The translations under genes were made by a program, and so were the position numbers. This document shows positions 32,656 through 44,643 of a DNA stretch of 64,000 nt, one piece after another; position 1 is the first letter of the stretch, and each line of letters begins with the position of its first letter. This DNA is from an uncultured Acidobacteriota bacterium (GTDB lineage: Bacteria; Acidobacteriota; Thermoanaerobaculia; UBA5066; Gp7-AA6). The notes beneath the pieces were generated by a model. It saw nothing but the letters and a program-made list of their open reading frames with translations. It made no database searches and was not told where the DNA came from. Where the stretch lies: the NCBI GenBank assembly GCA_963782815.1, contig CAWALG010000032.1:65072-129071 (forward strand), in the 5' to 3' direction.

Positions 32656-34429
32656 CTATTCCCAGTAGTGAAAGCCGTAGGCGAGGCGGGAGTAGGCGGA
32701 CTCGGAAATGCCGGTGTGGAGCGCGTCGCGGGTCCTGGCGGAGGCGTCGACGTTGCGGTCCATCTCCTTCAACTGGCCGACGATCCGGTACTTCGCGGAC
32801 TGGACGAACGCCCGGGCCAGGCGGATCTCTTCCTGCGATTTCTCGCGGCCTCGCTTTTCCCGGGCCGCGGTCGCGCGGGAGAGAACGGCGAGACACGCGT
32901 AGAGGTCCATGACGATGTTGGCCAGACGCTCCTGCTGGTACTCCTTCTCGATGACCTTCTTGCCGTGCTTTCTCAGGACCCTCTCGAGGATGTTGGACAC
33001 CGCCCCGACGTACTTCGCCACGACCGCGGCTTCGGCGGCGAGCTCCGGCGCCGCCTTCGTCAGCCGGGCCGGCTTCACCGAGCGGATCTTTCGCGCGGCG
33101 TATCCGGCGAGGATGCCGCGCGAGGAGAGCGGCGCCTTCAGGGCCCGGCCGACCTCCTTCAAGCCCTCTCCCGCGTCCCGCATCCCCGAGAGCGCGACGA
33201 GGACGCGGAGAATCTCGTTGGTCCCCTCGAAGATCATGTTGATGCGCGAATCGCGGAGCGCCCGCTCGTACGGGTACTCTTCCATGAAGCCGTTCCCCCC
33301 CGCGATCTGGAGCGCGTCGTTGATCGTCTGCCAGACCGCCTCGGTGCCGAAGACCTTGCAGCACGCCCCCTCGAGCGCGTAGTCGGGCAGGCCGCGGTCC
33401 ACGAGACCCGCCGTCAGGTAGACGAGGGACTCGAGGGCGTAGGTGTTGGCCATCATCCGAGCGAACTTGCCGCGGATCATCTCGAAGTCGGCGATCCGCG
33501 TGGCGAACTGGCGGCGCTGCGTGGCGTGCTCGGCCGCGAGGCGGATCATGACCTTCGATCCGCCGACGCATCCGGCCGCGAGCGACGTGCGCCCCGTATT
33601 CAGGACCTCGACGGCGATCTTGAAGCCCTGGCCCCGCTCGCCGAGGACGTTCCCCGCCGGCACGCGGACGTTCTGGAGCTCGACGGGAACGGTCGAGGAC
33701 CCCTTCAGGCCCAGCTTGCGCTCTTCCTTCCCCGGCAGGACGCCCGGCAGGTCCTTCGTCACGGCGAACGCCGTGATCCGGCGGTGCTCGTCCTTCGCCG
33801 GCAGCTTCACGTCCTTGGCGAAGACCGTGAAGAACCCGGCGAAGCCGCCGTTGGAGATCCAGTGCTTGGTCCCGTTCAACACGAACGTGTCCGTCTTCTC
33901 GTCGTAGTCGGCGGTCGTCTTGATCGAGGCCGCGTCCGAGCCCGCCTCCGGCTCGGTCAGCGCGAAGGCCGCGAGCAGCTCCCCCGAGGCGAGCCGGGGA
34001 AGCCATTTCTTCTTCTGCTCCTCGGTGCCGTAGAGGAGGAGCGCCTTCATGCCGATGGACTGGTGGCCGCCGATGAGGATCGCGAGCGACGCGTCCATCG
34101 TGCCGACCTCCTCCATCACGCGGCAGTAGGCGGACGCCGAGAATCCGTAGCCGCCGTACGCCTCCGGGATCGTCATCCCGAAGATGCCGAGGTCGGCGAG
34201 GCCCCGGACCACGTCGTCGTCGATGCGATGCTCCCTCTCGATCCGGACCGGATCGATGTGGGCGCGGGCGAATCCCCGGAAGGACTCGAGGAACGCGGAG
34301 ACCGTCTCCCGCTCCTCGGCCGGGACTTCGGGAAACGGGAAGACGACGTCCTCCGGGAACCTGGCCCGCCATCAACGCGCGCATCGGCGAGGGGAGCTGC
34401 GACTCGGGCAGGGGCTTTGCCGTGCTCAT
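32656..34429 (-). CDS. acyl-CoA dehydrogenase, long (~590 aa) type (one frame change)
   Basis: LTEPEAGSDA, IFEGTNEI, and a C-terminal extension. The N-terminus MSTAKPLPES.. joins ORF 32656..34212 after a shift near 34370. Confidence 0.85.
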
Positions 34430-34447
34430 GGGATTCTCCTCAATGGA

Positions 34448-36596
34448 TCAACCCGCGGACGATTCCGGATGAAAGCTGGCGCCCGACTTCGCCATGTCCC
34501 GCAGCAGGGGCGCGGGCTGGAAGCGGGTGCCCAGCCGCGAGGCCAGGTCCTCGAGGGTCGAGAGAACGCGCGACGCGCCGAGGGAATCGGCGTATCGAAG
34601 GAGGCCGCCCCGGAAGGGGGGAAAGCCGGTGCCGAAGATCATCGCGAGGTCGAGTTTCGAGGCCGAGGCGACGACCTCCTCGGCCAGGCAGTACGCCGCC
34701 TCGTTGATCATCGAGAGAGTCAGCCGCGATTCGATCTCGTCCGGTCCGGCCGGCGGCGCTTTGCCCGGCGCCGCGCCGAGGATCTCGTAGGCCTCCCGGG
34801 ACGCGGCCTACGCGCTTGCCCCCCCGGTAGTCGTAGAAGCCGCGCCCGGATTTTCTTCCCAGCCGGCCGGCCGCCGCCAGCGCCTCGTCCCCGGACCTCC
34901 TCATCCGGTCGGGGAAGGCCTTCTCCAGGACCTCGCCCGCCTTCACCGCGACGTCCAGGCCGACGTCGTCCAGGAGGGCGAGCGGCCCGACCGGCATGCC
35001 GAAGTCCGTCATCGCGCGGTCCACCTCCTCGATCCGGCACCCCTCCTTCACCAGCCGGACCCCCTCCGAGAGATACGGGGCGAGGATCCTGTTGACCAGG
35101 AAGCCCGGCGAGTCCTTGACGACGACGGGAGTCTTCCCGAGCGTCTTCGCGAGGGAGAAGACGGTCGCGACGGTCGCATCGGACGAACGCGGGCCGCGGA
35201 TGACCTCGACGAGCGGCATCCGATCCACGGGGTTGAAGAAGTGCATCCCGACGACGCGCTCCGGGGCGAGCGCTGCCGCCGCGATCTCTCCGATCGGAAG
35301 CGTCGAGGTGTTGGACGCGAAGATCGCCTCCTGCGGCACGACCGCCTCCCACTCCTTCAGGACCGCGCGCTTGACGCCGAGCTTCTCGACGACCGCCTCG
35401 ATCGTGACCTCGCAGCGCGAGAAGCCGCTGTAGTCGAGGGTCCCGGAGAGAAGGGCCATCTTCCCCGCCATCTGCCGCGGCTTCAACCTCCGCCGCTCGA
35501 CCGCCTTCTTCCAGACGGCGGCGGCCGCGGCGTAGCCGTGCGCGAGGGCGTCGGGCTCGATGTCCTTCATGCGCGCCGGGATCCCCTTGTCCGCGGCGAG
35601 CTGCGCGATCCCGCCCCCCATGACCCCGGCGCCGAGCACTCCGACCCGGGTCACCGGGACAGGCCGGACGGCGGCGTCCGGGACTCCCGTCTCCTTCTTG
35701 ACCTCCTCGGTCCAGAAGAAGATCGAGAGGAGGTTTCGCTGCACCTCGCCGCCGAAGATGTTGGCGATGTGCGCGTTCTCGACCTCGAGCGCGGCTTCCA
35801 TCGACAGCCCGGACGACTCCTCGAGCACCGAGAGGGCCTCGAGCGGAGCCGGATAGTGGAAGTCCGTCGTCTTCACGATCTTCTCGCGGGCGGTCTTGAA
35901 GATCAGGCGCCGCCCGAGCGGCGTCTTCTCGAGCACCCAGTTCCGCACCCCGCCGGGACCGCGGCGCCCGGGACGAGGCTTGCCGCCGCCGCGCTTCCCG
36001 CGCGCGAAACGACGGGTCCAGTCCTCGAAGATGGCGGCGGGCACGGCCTCGTCCACGAGCCCGATCCTTCTCGCCCGCTTCGCGTCGAGCTGCTTGCCGG
36101 TCAGGATGAGGTCGAGCGCCGCCTGCAGACCGACGAGGCGCGGCAGCCGCGCGCATCCGCCCCAGGCCGGGAAGATCCCCAGCTGCACTTCCGGAAACCC
36201 GATCCTCGCCTTCGGGGCATCGGACATCAGCCTGTAGTCGCACGCCAGGGCGAGCTCCGTGCCCCCTCCGAGGCAGGTCCCGTTGATCGCCGCGACCGTC
36301 GGGATCGGGAGACGCGCCAGTTGCTCGAAGAGGGCCTGCCCGCGGGCCGAGCCCTCGCGGATCCGGGACGCGGGGAGGCCGACGAACTCCTTCACGTCCG
36401 CGCCCGCGATGAACGTGCCCGGTTTTCCGCTGCGGATCAGGAGCCCCTTCAAGCGCGTCTCCCGCTCGAGCGTCAGGAGCACGTCGGAGAATTCCTCGAA
36501 CACCTCGCGCGAGAACGTGTTGACCTTCTCGCCGGGACGGTCGAACGTCAGGATGCCAAGCCCATCCTCTTCGACGTCGAGTTGGAACGCGTTCAT
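34448..36596 (-). CDS. multifunctional enoyl-CoA hydratase / 3-hydroxyacyl-CoA dehydrogenase (FadJ/FadB type, frame change near 34800)
   Basis: AAINGTCLGGGTELALACD (crotonase), VGVLGAGVMGGGIA (HAD Rossmann). C-terminus is in ORF 34448..34711. Confidence 0.85.
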
Positions 36597-36606
36597 CTCG
36601 GTGCTT

Positions 36607-36641
36607 GACCTTAGACCTTAGACCTTAGACCTTCGACGCCT
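36607..36641. repeat. tandem heptad repeat L4 (GACCTTA x 3 plus 2 degenerate units)
   Basis: gacctta gacctta gacctta gaccttc gacgcct, between the thiolase stop (36646) and the FadJ-type start (36596). Confidence 0.85.
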
Positions 36642-36645
36642 TCGT

Positions 36646-37926
36646 TCACATCTGCTCCAGCACGATCGCGCCGCCCTGCCCGCCGCCGATGCACATCGTG
36701 GCGAGGCCGAACTGCGTGCCGCGGCGGCGCATCTCCCTGGCGAGCGTCGTCACGAGCCGGGTCCCCGAGGAGCCCACGGGATGCCCGAGCGCGATCGCGC
36801 CTCCGTTGACGTTGGTCCTGTCCCAGTCGATCTCGCCGATGGGGCCGCCGGTGGCGTACTTCGCGTGCCAGGCCGCGGACGGGAAGACGCGCGCGTTGGC
36901 CAGCACCTGGGCGGCGAAGGCCTCGTTGATCTCGACGAGACCGACGTCCTTCCATTCGATCCCCGCCTTCTTCAAGGCGAGCGGCGTCGCGACCGCCGGG
37001 CCGAGGCCCATGCGCTCGGGCTCCAGCGCGCAGAACGCGAAGCCGCGGATCTTCGCGAGCGGCTTGTACCCGTTGGCCTTCGCCGCCGCGGCGCTCATGA
37101 CGAGCGTGGCCGCGCCCCCGTCGGTGATCTGCGAGGAATTGCCCGCCGTCACGGTCCCGAATCTCCGGTCGAAGAAGGGGCGCAGCTTCGCGAGCGCCTC
37201 GAGCGTCTGGTTCTCGCGCACGCCGTTGTCCCGGACGGACATCGCCTTGTAGTCCGGGGGGATCGGCACCGGCACGATCTCCTCGGCGAGCCTTTCCCGC
37301 GCCATCGTCACCCGCTGATGCGAGCGCAGCGCGAAGGCGTCCTGCTCTTCCCGGCCGATGCCGTGCTCCTTGGCGAGGATCTCCGCCGTCTCCCCCATGT
37401 TCAGACCGCACACAGCGTCGGTCAATCCCATCTGCAGGCCGATGTCCGGCTTGAAGTGCTTCGGCCGGAACTTCGCCGCGGCCGCGATCTTCCCGCCCGT
37501 GGCCCTCGCGGTGAAGACCTCGGTGAAGACCTCCTGGCTCTCCTTCGAGTAGAGGAGCGGGATGTTCGACATGGACTCGACGCCCCCCGCGACGATCGCG
37601 TCGGCGTCCCCCGCCGCGATCCGGTAAGCGGCCTCGACGATCGCCTCGAGCCCCGACCCGCAGAGGCGGTTGACCGTGAAGGCCGGAACGCTCGCCGGGA
37701 CCCCCGCCAGGAGCGCCGCGACCCGCGCGACGTTGACCGCGTCGGGAGGCTGCGCGATGTTGCCGAAGATGACCTGGTCGAGCCGCGCGGGATCGAACGC
37801 GGTGCGAGCCAGCACCTCGACCGTGACGATGCGGCCCAGCTCCTGAGCGGGGACGTCCTTCAGCTCGGTGTTCGCCTTCGCGTACGGCGTCCGCACGCCG
37901 TCCACGACGACGACATCACGCGACAT
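36646..37926 (-). CDS. acetyl-CoA C-acyltransferase (thiolase)
   Basis: Intact 426 aa. NRLCGSGLEA active-site Cys, C-terminal CIGGGQGGA. Confidence 0.9.
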   Translation of the reverse strand: MSRDVVVVDGVRTPYAKANTELKDVPAQELGRIVTVEVLARTAFDPARLDQVIFGNIAQPPDAVNVARVAALLAGVPASVPAFTVNRLCGSGLEAIVEAAYRIAAGDADAIVAGGVESMSNIPLLYSKESQEVFTEVFTARATGGKIAAAAKFRPKHFKPDIGLQMGLTDAVCGLNMGETAEILAKEHGIGREEQDAFALRSHQRVTMARERLAEEIVPVPIPPDYKAMSVRDNGVRENQTLEALAKLRPFFDRRFGTVTAGNSSQITDGGAATLVMSAAAAKANGYKPLAKIRGFAFCALEPERMGLGPAVATPLALKKAGIEWKDVGLVEINEAFAAQVLANARVFPSAAWHAKYATGGPIGEIDWDRTNVNGGAIALGHPVGSSGTRLVTTLAREMRRRGTQFGLATMCIGGGQGGAIVLEQM

Positions 37927-39728
37927 GCGGTTTTTCCGCGGACTGGTACATCTTTTCGATCAGGCCCTGGTATCGGGTCTCCAGGATGCGCCGCTTGACC
38001 TTCAGCGTGGGCGTGATCGTCCCGTCCTCGACCGACAGGTCCGCCGGCAGGAGGGCGAAGGCGCGGATCTGCTCGTGGTGGGGCTTGTCCGCGTTGTACT
38101 CGTCGATCTCTTTCTGGAAGAGGGCGCGGATCGCCGGGCTCGCGTCGATCGTCAGGGGATCGAACGAGATCCCCTTCTGCGCCGCCTCCTCCTTCAACCT
38201 CTCGAAGTTGGGAACGATCAGCGCGGCCAGGAACTTGTGCCGGTCCCCCAGCACGATCGGCAGGCTGACGTAGGCGGATTTCTTCAGTTCCGTCTCGATC
38301 GGCTGCGGCGCGGCCTTCTTGCCGCTCGCGAGGACGATCAGGTCCTTCTTGCGGTCCGTGATCTTGAGGTACCCGTCGGAATCGAACTGCCCGATGTCCC
38401 CGGTGTGGAACCACCCCTGCGGGTCGATCGCCTCGGCCGTGGCTTCCGGCTTGTTGAAGTACCCCTTCATGACGTGAGGGCCGCGCGTCAGGATCTCTCC
38501 GTCCTCGGCGATCCTGACCTCGACGCCCGGGATCGGACGGCCGACGGTGCCCAGGCGCCACGCGTGGGGCCCGTTGACGCAGATGACGGGCGAGGTCTCC
38601 GTCAGGCCGTACCCCTCGTAGATCGTCACGCCCGCTCCCCAGAAGAATTCCGCGAGCTCCGATGAGAGCGGCGCGCCGCCGGAGACGGCGTACCGGAAGC
38701 GTTTCCCGAGGGCATGGCGGATCTTCCCGAGCACGAGCTTGTCGGCGACCTTCGCCGCGAAGGCCAGCCCCGCCGGCACCGGCGCCGCCTTCTGTTCATA
38801 GGAGAGCCTCTCCTTGCCCGTGGCAACCGCCCAGTGGAAGAGCTGTTTCTTGAGACTGCTTCCCGACTCGACCTTGTTCATGATCCGCGCGAAGACCTTC
38901 TCGTACACGCGCGGCACCGCCCCGAAGCAGTGGGGATTGACCTCGAGAAAGTTGTCCTTCAGCTTCTCGATCGACTCCGCGTAGGCGATCGTCGCTCCCC
39001 GGTACAGGTACGCATAGTCGAGCATCCGCTCGAAGACGTGGGACAGAGGCAGGAAGCACATCGCCGTGCCGTCCCCCGTGATCGGCACGACCTCGCAGGC
39101 GCCGAGCACGTTGGAAACGAAGTTGCGGTGGGTGAGCATCGCGCCCTTGGGCTCCCCCGTCGTGCCGGAGGTGTAGATGATGGTCGCGACGTCCTCGGCC
39201 CGGACCCGCCCCGCGCGCTGCTCGAAGGCGCCCGGGTTCATCTCGAGAAGCGGGCGGCCCCGGTCCACGGCCTGCCCGAAGGTCAGGAATCCCGGCTCCC
39301 CCGGAGGACTCGCGTCGAACGTGATCACGTACTCGAGCGCCGGACACTGCGAACGGATGGTCAGGATCTTGCCGAGCTGCTCCAGCGTCGAGACGAAGAT
39401 CGCCCGCGCGCCCGGAGTCCTTGAGCTGCGGAGCGATCTGGTGCGCGGGGAGCGTCGGGTAGATCGGGACGGACCATCCGCCGGCGCAGAGGATGGCGTA
39501 GTCGGCCATCGCCCACTCCGGCCGGTTCTCCGACAGGATCGCGACGCGGTCGCCCGGCTGCAGGCCGAGCGCGTTCAACCCCAGGGAGAGGGCGCGGACC
39601 GTGTAGCCGAAGTCCGAGGCCGAGATGGGCTTCCATTGCCCGCCGACCCTGGAGACGAGCAGGTCCTGCTTCTGCAAAGCCGCCGCCTTCAGGAAGATGT
39701 CGCAGAGAGTGCGGACTTCGTCGCTCAT
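37916..39728 (-). CDS. long-chain fatty acid--CoA ligase (one frame change)
   Basis: IIYTSGTTGEPKGAMLTH, GYGLTETS, ITDRKKD. The N-terminus MSDEVRTLCDIF is in ORF 38796..39770. Shift near 39410. Confidence 0.85.
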
Positions 39729-39903
39729 TGTTCCCTCCGGGGCGCGATCGCATTCTGTCCCGCGCTCCACCCCCGGTCAAGGCGGCGGCCCGCCGCTTTC
39801 ACGGAGTCGCGCAAAAGAAGCAAGAGTTCCAGACGCGCCACGCCCGGGCAACGCCGAGGAAGGGTCGAGCGACGAAGCGAGACGATCGCGCATAATCGCA
39901 ACG

Positions 39904-40431
39904 ATGGCGATCGCGCTGCTCCTGACGACGGTCCTGGCCCTCGCGGGATTTCTCGCGACGGGCGCGCAGGGTCTCCTCGTTGCGTCGGCCCTCCATTCCG
40001 CCGCGCCCCTGGCCGGCCGCCTCGTCACCCGGCACGTCGGATACGCGATCCCGACGGTGCTCTTCTCCCTCTTTTCGCAGTCCATGGTCATCTTCTACTT
40101 CATCGGCACCGGCAAGCTCGTGAAGGAGGAGATCGCCTCCTACCAGGACGTCGAGCGCCGGGCTGTCCTCGCCGCCCTGCGCCGCTTCAAGGCGAAGACG
40201 TCGCCCCCGGCGACGTTCGCGCTCCTCTCCGCGATCGGCGTCTTCGTCCTGGGAGGCGCCGTGCACACGAGCGCGCTCCCCCCATGGACGCACCTGACCG
40301 CATCGCTCGCGGCGGTGGCGATCCACTCCTGGGCGCTTGCCGCCGAGTGGAAGACCTTCGCCGAGAACCACAGGCTGATGGACGATCCCCTCGCTTACGC
40401 GCGGAGAGCCCGGCCCGGCGCGGCTACTTGA
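39904..40431 (+). CDS. hypothetical membrane protein (about 4 TM)
   Basis: MAIALLLTTVLALAGFLA.. within ORF 39625..40431. No family recognised. Confidence 0.4.
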   Translation: MAIALLLTTVLALAGFLATGAQGLLVASALHSAAPLAGRLVTRHVGYAIPTVLFSLFSQSMVIFYFIGTGKLVKEEIASYQDVERRAVLAALRRFKAKTSPPATFALLSAIGVFVLGGAVHTSALPPWTHLTASLAAVAIHSWALAAEWKTFAENHRLMDDPLAYARRARPGAAT

Positions 40432-43400
40432 CGACGAGGGTCGTGGTCTGGCCTTCGGCGACGGTGAAGGGGTAGGACGCTTCGCCGGTGCCGCCGGCAA
40501 CGATGAGCTGGTAGGAGCCCGGGGCGAAGTTGTCCCAGACCGTCACGGGCGGACCAGGGTGCACGGTGCCGTCCAGCCGGAAGGGGCCGAGCAGATAGAT
40601 CGACCCGGCGCCGTCCACGATCCGCCCCGATACCGGAACGGCCGGACGCACCTCGACGCGCCCGCCGGGAGTCAACGCCACGCCCAGGGTCGCGGAGGGC
40701 ACAATCACGTTGGGGAACGAGCGCGGCGAGTAGCCGTTGGAAAAGACGTAGAGCGCGTAGGCGCCCGGCCCGAGCGAGCCGATGTCGCCGTGGCCGCTCG
40801 AATCGAGGCTGATGGTGCCGTTGAAGGCGATGGAGCCACCGGCTCCGAACGCGATCACGGAGACCCCGCGCAGGGGCAGCCCCGTCAGGCCGTCGTTGGC
40901 CTGGATGCCGACGCCGGTGCCGCGGGAAAGCGCGAAGTCCGACTGCGCGCTCTCGGATCCGACCATGAGGCTCTGCGTCTTCATCTGGTACTCGGCCTTT
41001 CGCGCCGTCAGCTGATAGTTGCCCGGGTCCACGTCATCGATGAAGTAGTGCCCGGAGGAGTCGGTTACACCCTGCTTCATCGCGAACGTCTGCGTTTCGG
41101 TCCCGGTCTGGGCCTGGACCGTGACGCCTTCCAGAGGGACTCCGGATCCCGATTCCGTCACGGTGCCGGTCACGGAGATCGCCGGCAACGGGATGTCGCC
41201 GGAGGTGTCGCCCGAAACCGTGAATTCGCGGCGGTAGGACACGCCCTGGCCGTTGACCATGACCGAGTAATTCCCGTCGTCCAGCCCCTCGAGCGCGTAA
41301 CTGCCGTTGTCGTCCGTCTGGCCGGAGGAGCGCCCGGTGTTTGGACGCGGGGGATCGGGAATGGCGTTGACGAAGAGACCCGACAGCGGCCGGTCTCCCC
41401 GCGTGACGCGTCCCGCCAGACGCGACGCGCCCTGGAACGCGATGTCGGCCTGGAAGTCTCCTCCCTCGGGCACCTCGACCGTCTTCGAGGTGGAGCGCCC
41501 CGAGAGGAGAGACGTCATGGCCGTCAAACGGACGACGCCCGACGGTACGTCATGGAGCGAATAGGCCCCGCTGTCGTCCGTCTGCGCGGTGTCGGAGTAG
41601 TTCGTGCCGGACGCCATGATGCGCACTCCGCCGAGCTGCCCCGACGGGAGCCCGCTCACGGTGCCGTGGAGAAGAGTGCCGGTCACCATCTGGACGAGCA
41701 CCCCGGAAAGGGGCTGGCCCTCGGCCACGACGACGTCCTTCGCCGTCGACTTGCCGGTGTTTCCCGACGCGACGAGCTTGTAGCGGCCACCTCCGAGATG
41801 CTCGAAGAGGAAGCTGCCGGAGCCGTCCGCGCGGGTGGAGTCTCCCCCGCCGCCGCCGGGCCCGCCCCCGAAGCCGCCTCCGCTCGCGCCCTCTTCGTTC
41901 AATTGCACGAGCGCGCCCGGGACGGCGGAGCGGCCGTCGCTTCCGACGACGGTTCCGGAGATGCTCGCCCCGGTGCCGAGCGACAGGTCCGCCGCCGTTT
42001 CCCTGGAAGGATCGATGTCGCGCGACGCGTCGAGATAGTCGGGGTGCGACGCGGTCACGGTGACCCGGGCATCCGGAAGGCCGTCGAACTGGTAGTGGCC
42101 GTCGGCGTCCGAAGTCGTCGAGCCGCCGGCCCCGCCCCCCATCATCCGCGCCATCGCGGCGCCCATCGGCCCCCCTCCCGACTCCGCCGGGTGCCACGAG
42201 ACCGAGGCGTTGGCCACCGCCGCGCCCCGCGAATCGGTCACGCGCCCGGAGAGGCCGCCTCCCTTCTTCAGGGAAAGGACGATGCCTTCTTTCGTTTCTC
42301 CCTCGCCCACCTCGACGCCGGAGGTCTCCGCCGAGCGGTAGCCCGCGGCCGCTCCGCGAATCGTCCACTTGCCCGGCGGCACGTCGGTCAGCTCGAAGGT
42401 CCCGTCGTCGGACTGGAACGTCTGATCCCCACCCTGGCGCCCGATGGCGATCTGGATCCCTCCGCCGCCGCGAGCGCCGCCGCGGGAGATCGTGAAGTCG
42501 GTGACCGGCTTCTTCGTGTCGCCGTCCTCGACGCGGCCGCGAACGGTGCCGGCGCTCTTCAACACGATCGCGAGGTCCGCGGCCGGAGGCGTCACGTTCT
42601 TCTGGAGCGTGGCGTATCCCGGCGCCGACACATTGACGAGGATGGCGCGCTCGGCGACGAATCCGTCCAGGCGGAACCTGCCGTCGGCGTCCGACGTCGC
42701 GTTCTGCGGCCGTCCTCCCGAGCCTCCCACGTCGATGCCGAAGATCTGCGCGCCGCCAACCGGCGCTCCGGCGGCATCCCGCACGCTCCCCGCGATCGGA
42801 GCGCCGGCGGCGAGCGTGACCGGGGGCCAGACGTTTTCCCCGGCCGCCTTCACGTCCACGGACGGGACCGACTTGCGCGCGAAGCCGTCGCGGGCGACGG
42901 TCAGGGTGTATTGACCCTCCTCGAGGCCCTTGAGCGAGTAAGAGCCGTCGCCGGCCGTCACCGCATCCGGCTTGTCCTGGGAGACTCCCATGAGACGCAT
43001 CTGGACCCTCGCGCCCCCCATGACTCCTTCCTCGCGGCGGATCGCGCGGATCTCCGCTCCCGGCCACGGGCTGTCCCTGAGCGTCCACGACCTTTCCGCG
43101 CGCTTCCAGGCCGCGGCGCACGACGAGGGCAACGTCCTTGATCGCGTCTCCCGCCTTGAGCGAGACGCCGGGCTTGCGCGCCGCGGCGTAGCCGGTCTTG
43201 CTCGCTTCGAGAGAGAGGTTGCGCTCCGGCTCCAGGCCGCGGATGTGGAACGTGCCGTCGGCGGCGGTCTGGGCGCCCTGGCCCCCCAGGACCGCGGCGG
43301 GATTGGACGCCGCTCCGCGCAGGAGCCGGCGGATCCCCATCTCGCGCAGGATCCGCACCCGGGCTGCGGCGACGGGCTGCCCCTTCTCGTCCGTCACGCG

Positions 43401-44576
43401 TCCCGAAATGCTCGCCGCCTTCCGCAGCGCGAGATTGGCCGGCGGCACGGAGGGCACGGCCGCGTTGATCCCCGCGATCGACGCGGTCAGGTACCCGTCC
43501 CTCGCGGCCTCGACCGAGTAGCGGGCCGGGGCGAGGCCCGGAAGCCGGAAGCGCCCGCGCGCGTCGGTCCGGACGGCGCGCTCAGCGCGCCGGCGGCCGA
43601 GGCGCCCGAACCGCGTCGAGGTCGCGGCATAGGCAGAGATGCGCGCCCCGGCCACGGGGCGGCGCGAGCCTTCCTCGATCACGGTGCCGGAGATCGCGAC
43701 GCCGGGCTTCAACTTCAGGTCCGCTTGCGTCTCTTCTCCCTTGCGCACCCGCACTCCGTCCCTGCGAGCCGCGGAATCGTCCTTCGAGAGCGCCTGCACA
43801 GGAAGACTGCCCGGCGAGAGACCGGTCAGGCGGAACCTCCCCTCCGCGTCCGTCTGCGCGGCCGCGTCGTCCGTGGTGACGATGACGCCGGCGGCCGGCT
43901 TTCCCGCCGCGCCGGTGACGACGCCTCGCACGGCGCCGCCGCGCTGGAGCGAGATCTTCTCGTCGGCCTTCGCCTCGAGCTGGATGCGGTTGCCCGGGAT
44001 GAACTCCGGCGCTCGCACGATGACGACCCTGGCGCCCTCCGGGGCGTCGGAAACCGTGAAGGTCCCGTCGGCTCCCGTGCGCGCCTCCGCAAGCGACCGC
44101 TTCTCTCCGTCGAGGGCGCCCTCGGTCGACACCACGAGGACCCTGGCGCCGCCGACGGGCTTGCCCGCTTCGTCCACGACGAGGCCGGACATGGGCTGCG
44201 CGCCCTGGATCGGAATGTCGAACAGGGAGTTCTCCTCCGAGGAGTCGAAGGGACCCGGAAACCGCGCCGACGGGCGTCCCTGCGCCACGACGCGCAGAGC
44301 CACGGAGACTCCGGGCTTGTCGAGAGCGACGCGGAATCTTCCCTCCGCGTCCGACGCCGTCTCACCCAGGACCGCGGGGTCCTTTCCGGCCGTCTCGTCG
44401 AGAAGGACCTCCTCATCGGAGCGGTAGTTCGTCCATTGCACCTTCGCGCCGGAGATCGGCTTTCCGGCGGAGTCCAGGACCCGCCCGGTAACCGAGCCTC
44501 CCCGGGCCTGGGCCGCCAGGAAGAACATCAACACCGGGGCAAGCGTGCTCCAGCGACCAGCCGCCGATTTCTTCAT
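40424..44576 (-). CDS. giant secreted carboxypeptidase-regulatory-like (CarboxypepD_reg) repeat protein, ~1380 aa (one frame change)
   Basis: Signal MKKSAAGRWSTLAPVLMFFLAAQA, then more than 12 repeats of the G.V.D..G.P..GA.V......T.ADG.F....L..G.Y pattern. ORFs 41550..44993 and 40424..43132 join near 43100. Confidence 0.7.
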
Positions 44577-44643
44577 GGTCTCCTCCCGAGCGATTGATCC
44601 ACAACAGATTACGCTCCCTTCCTTCCAAAGGTTACGATGGCGC

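Noticed and set aside
30698-34429. 1243-aa minus-strand ORF read as a single giant protein.
   Set aside because: It is a composite. Only the first ~20 codons (ACAD N-terminus) and the middle block (M20 peptidase, 31365-32605) are real coding frames. The rest is out-of-frame read-through of the ACAD gene and intergenic DNA.
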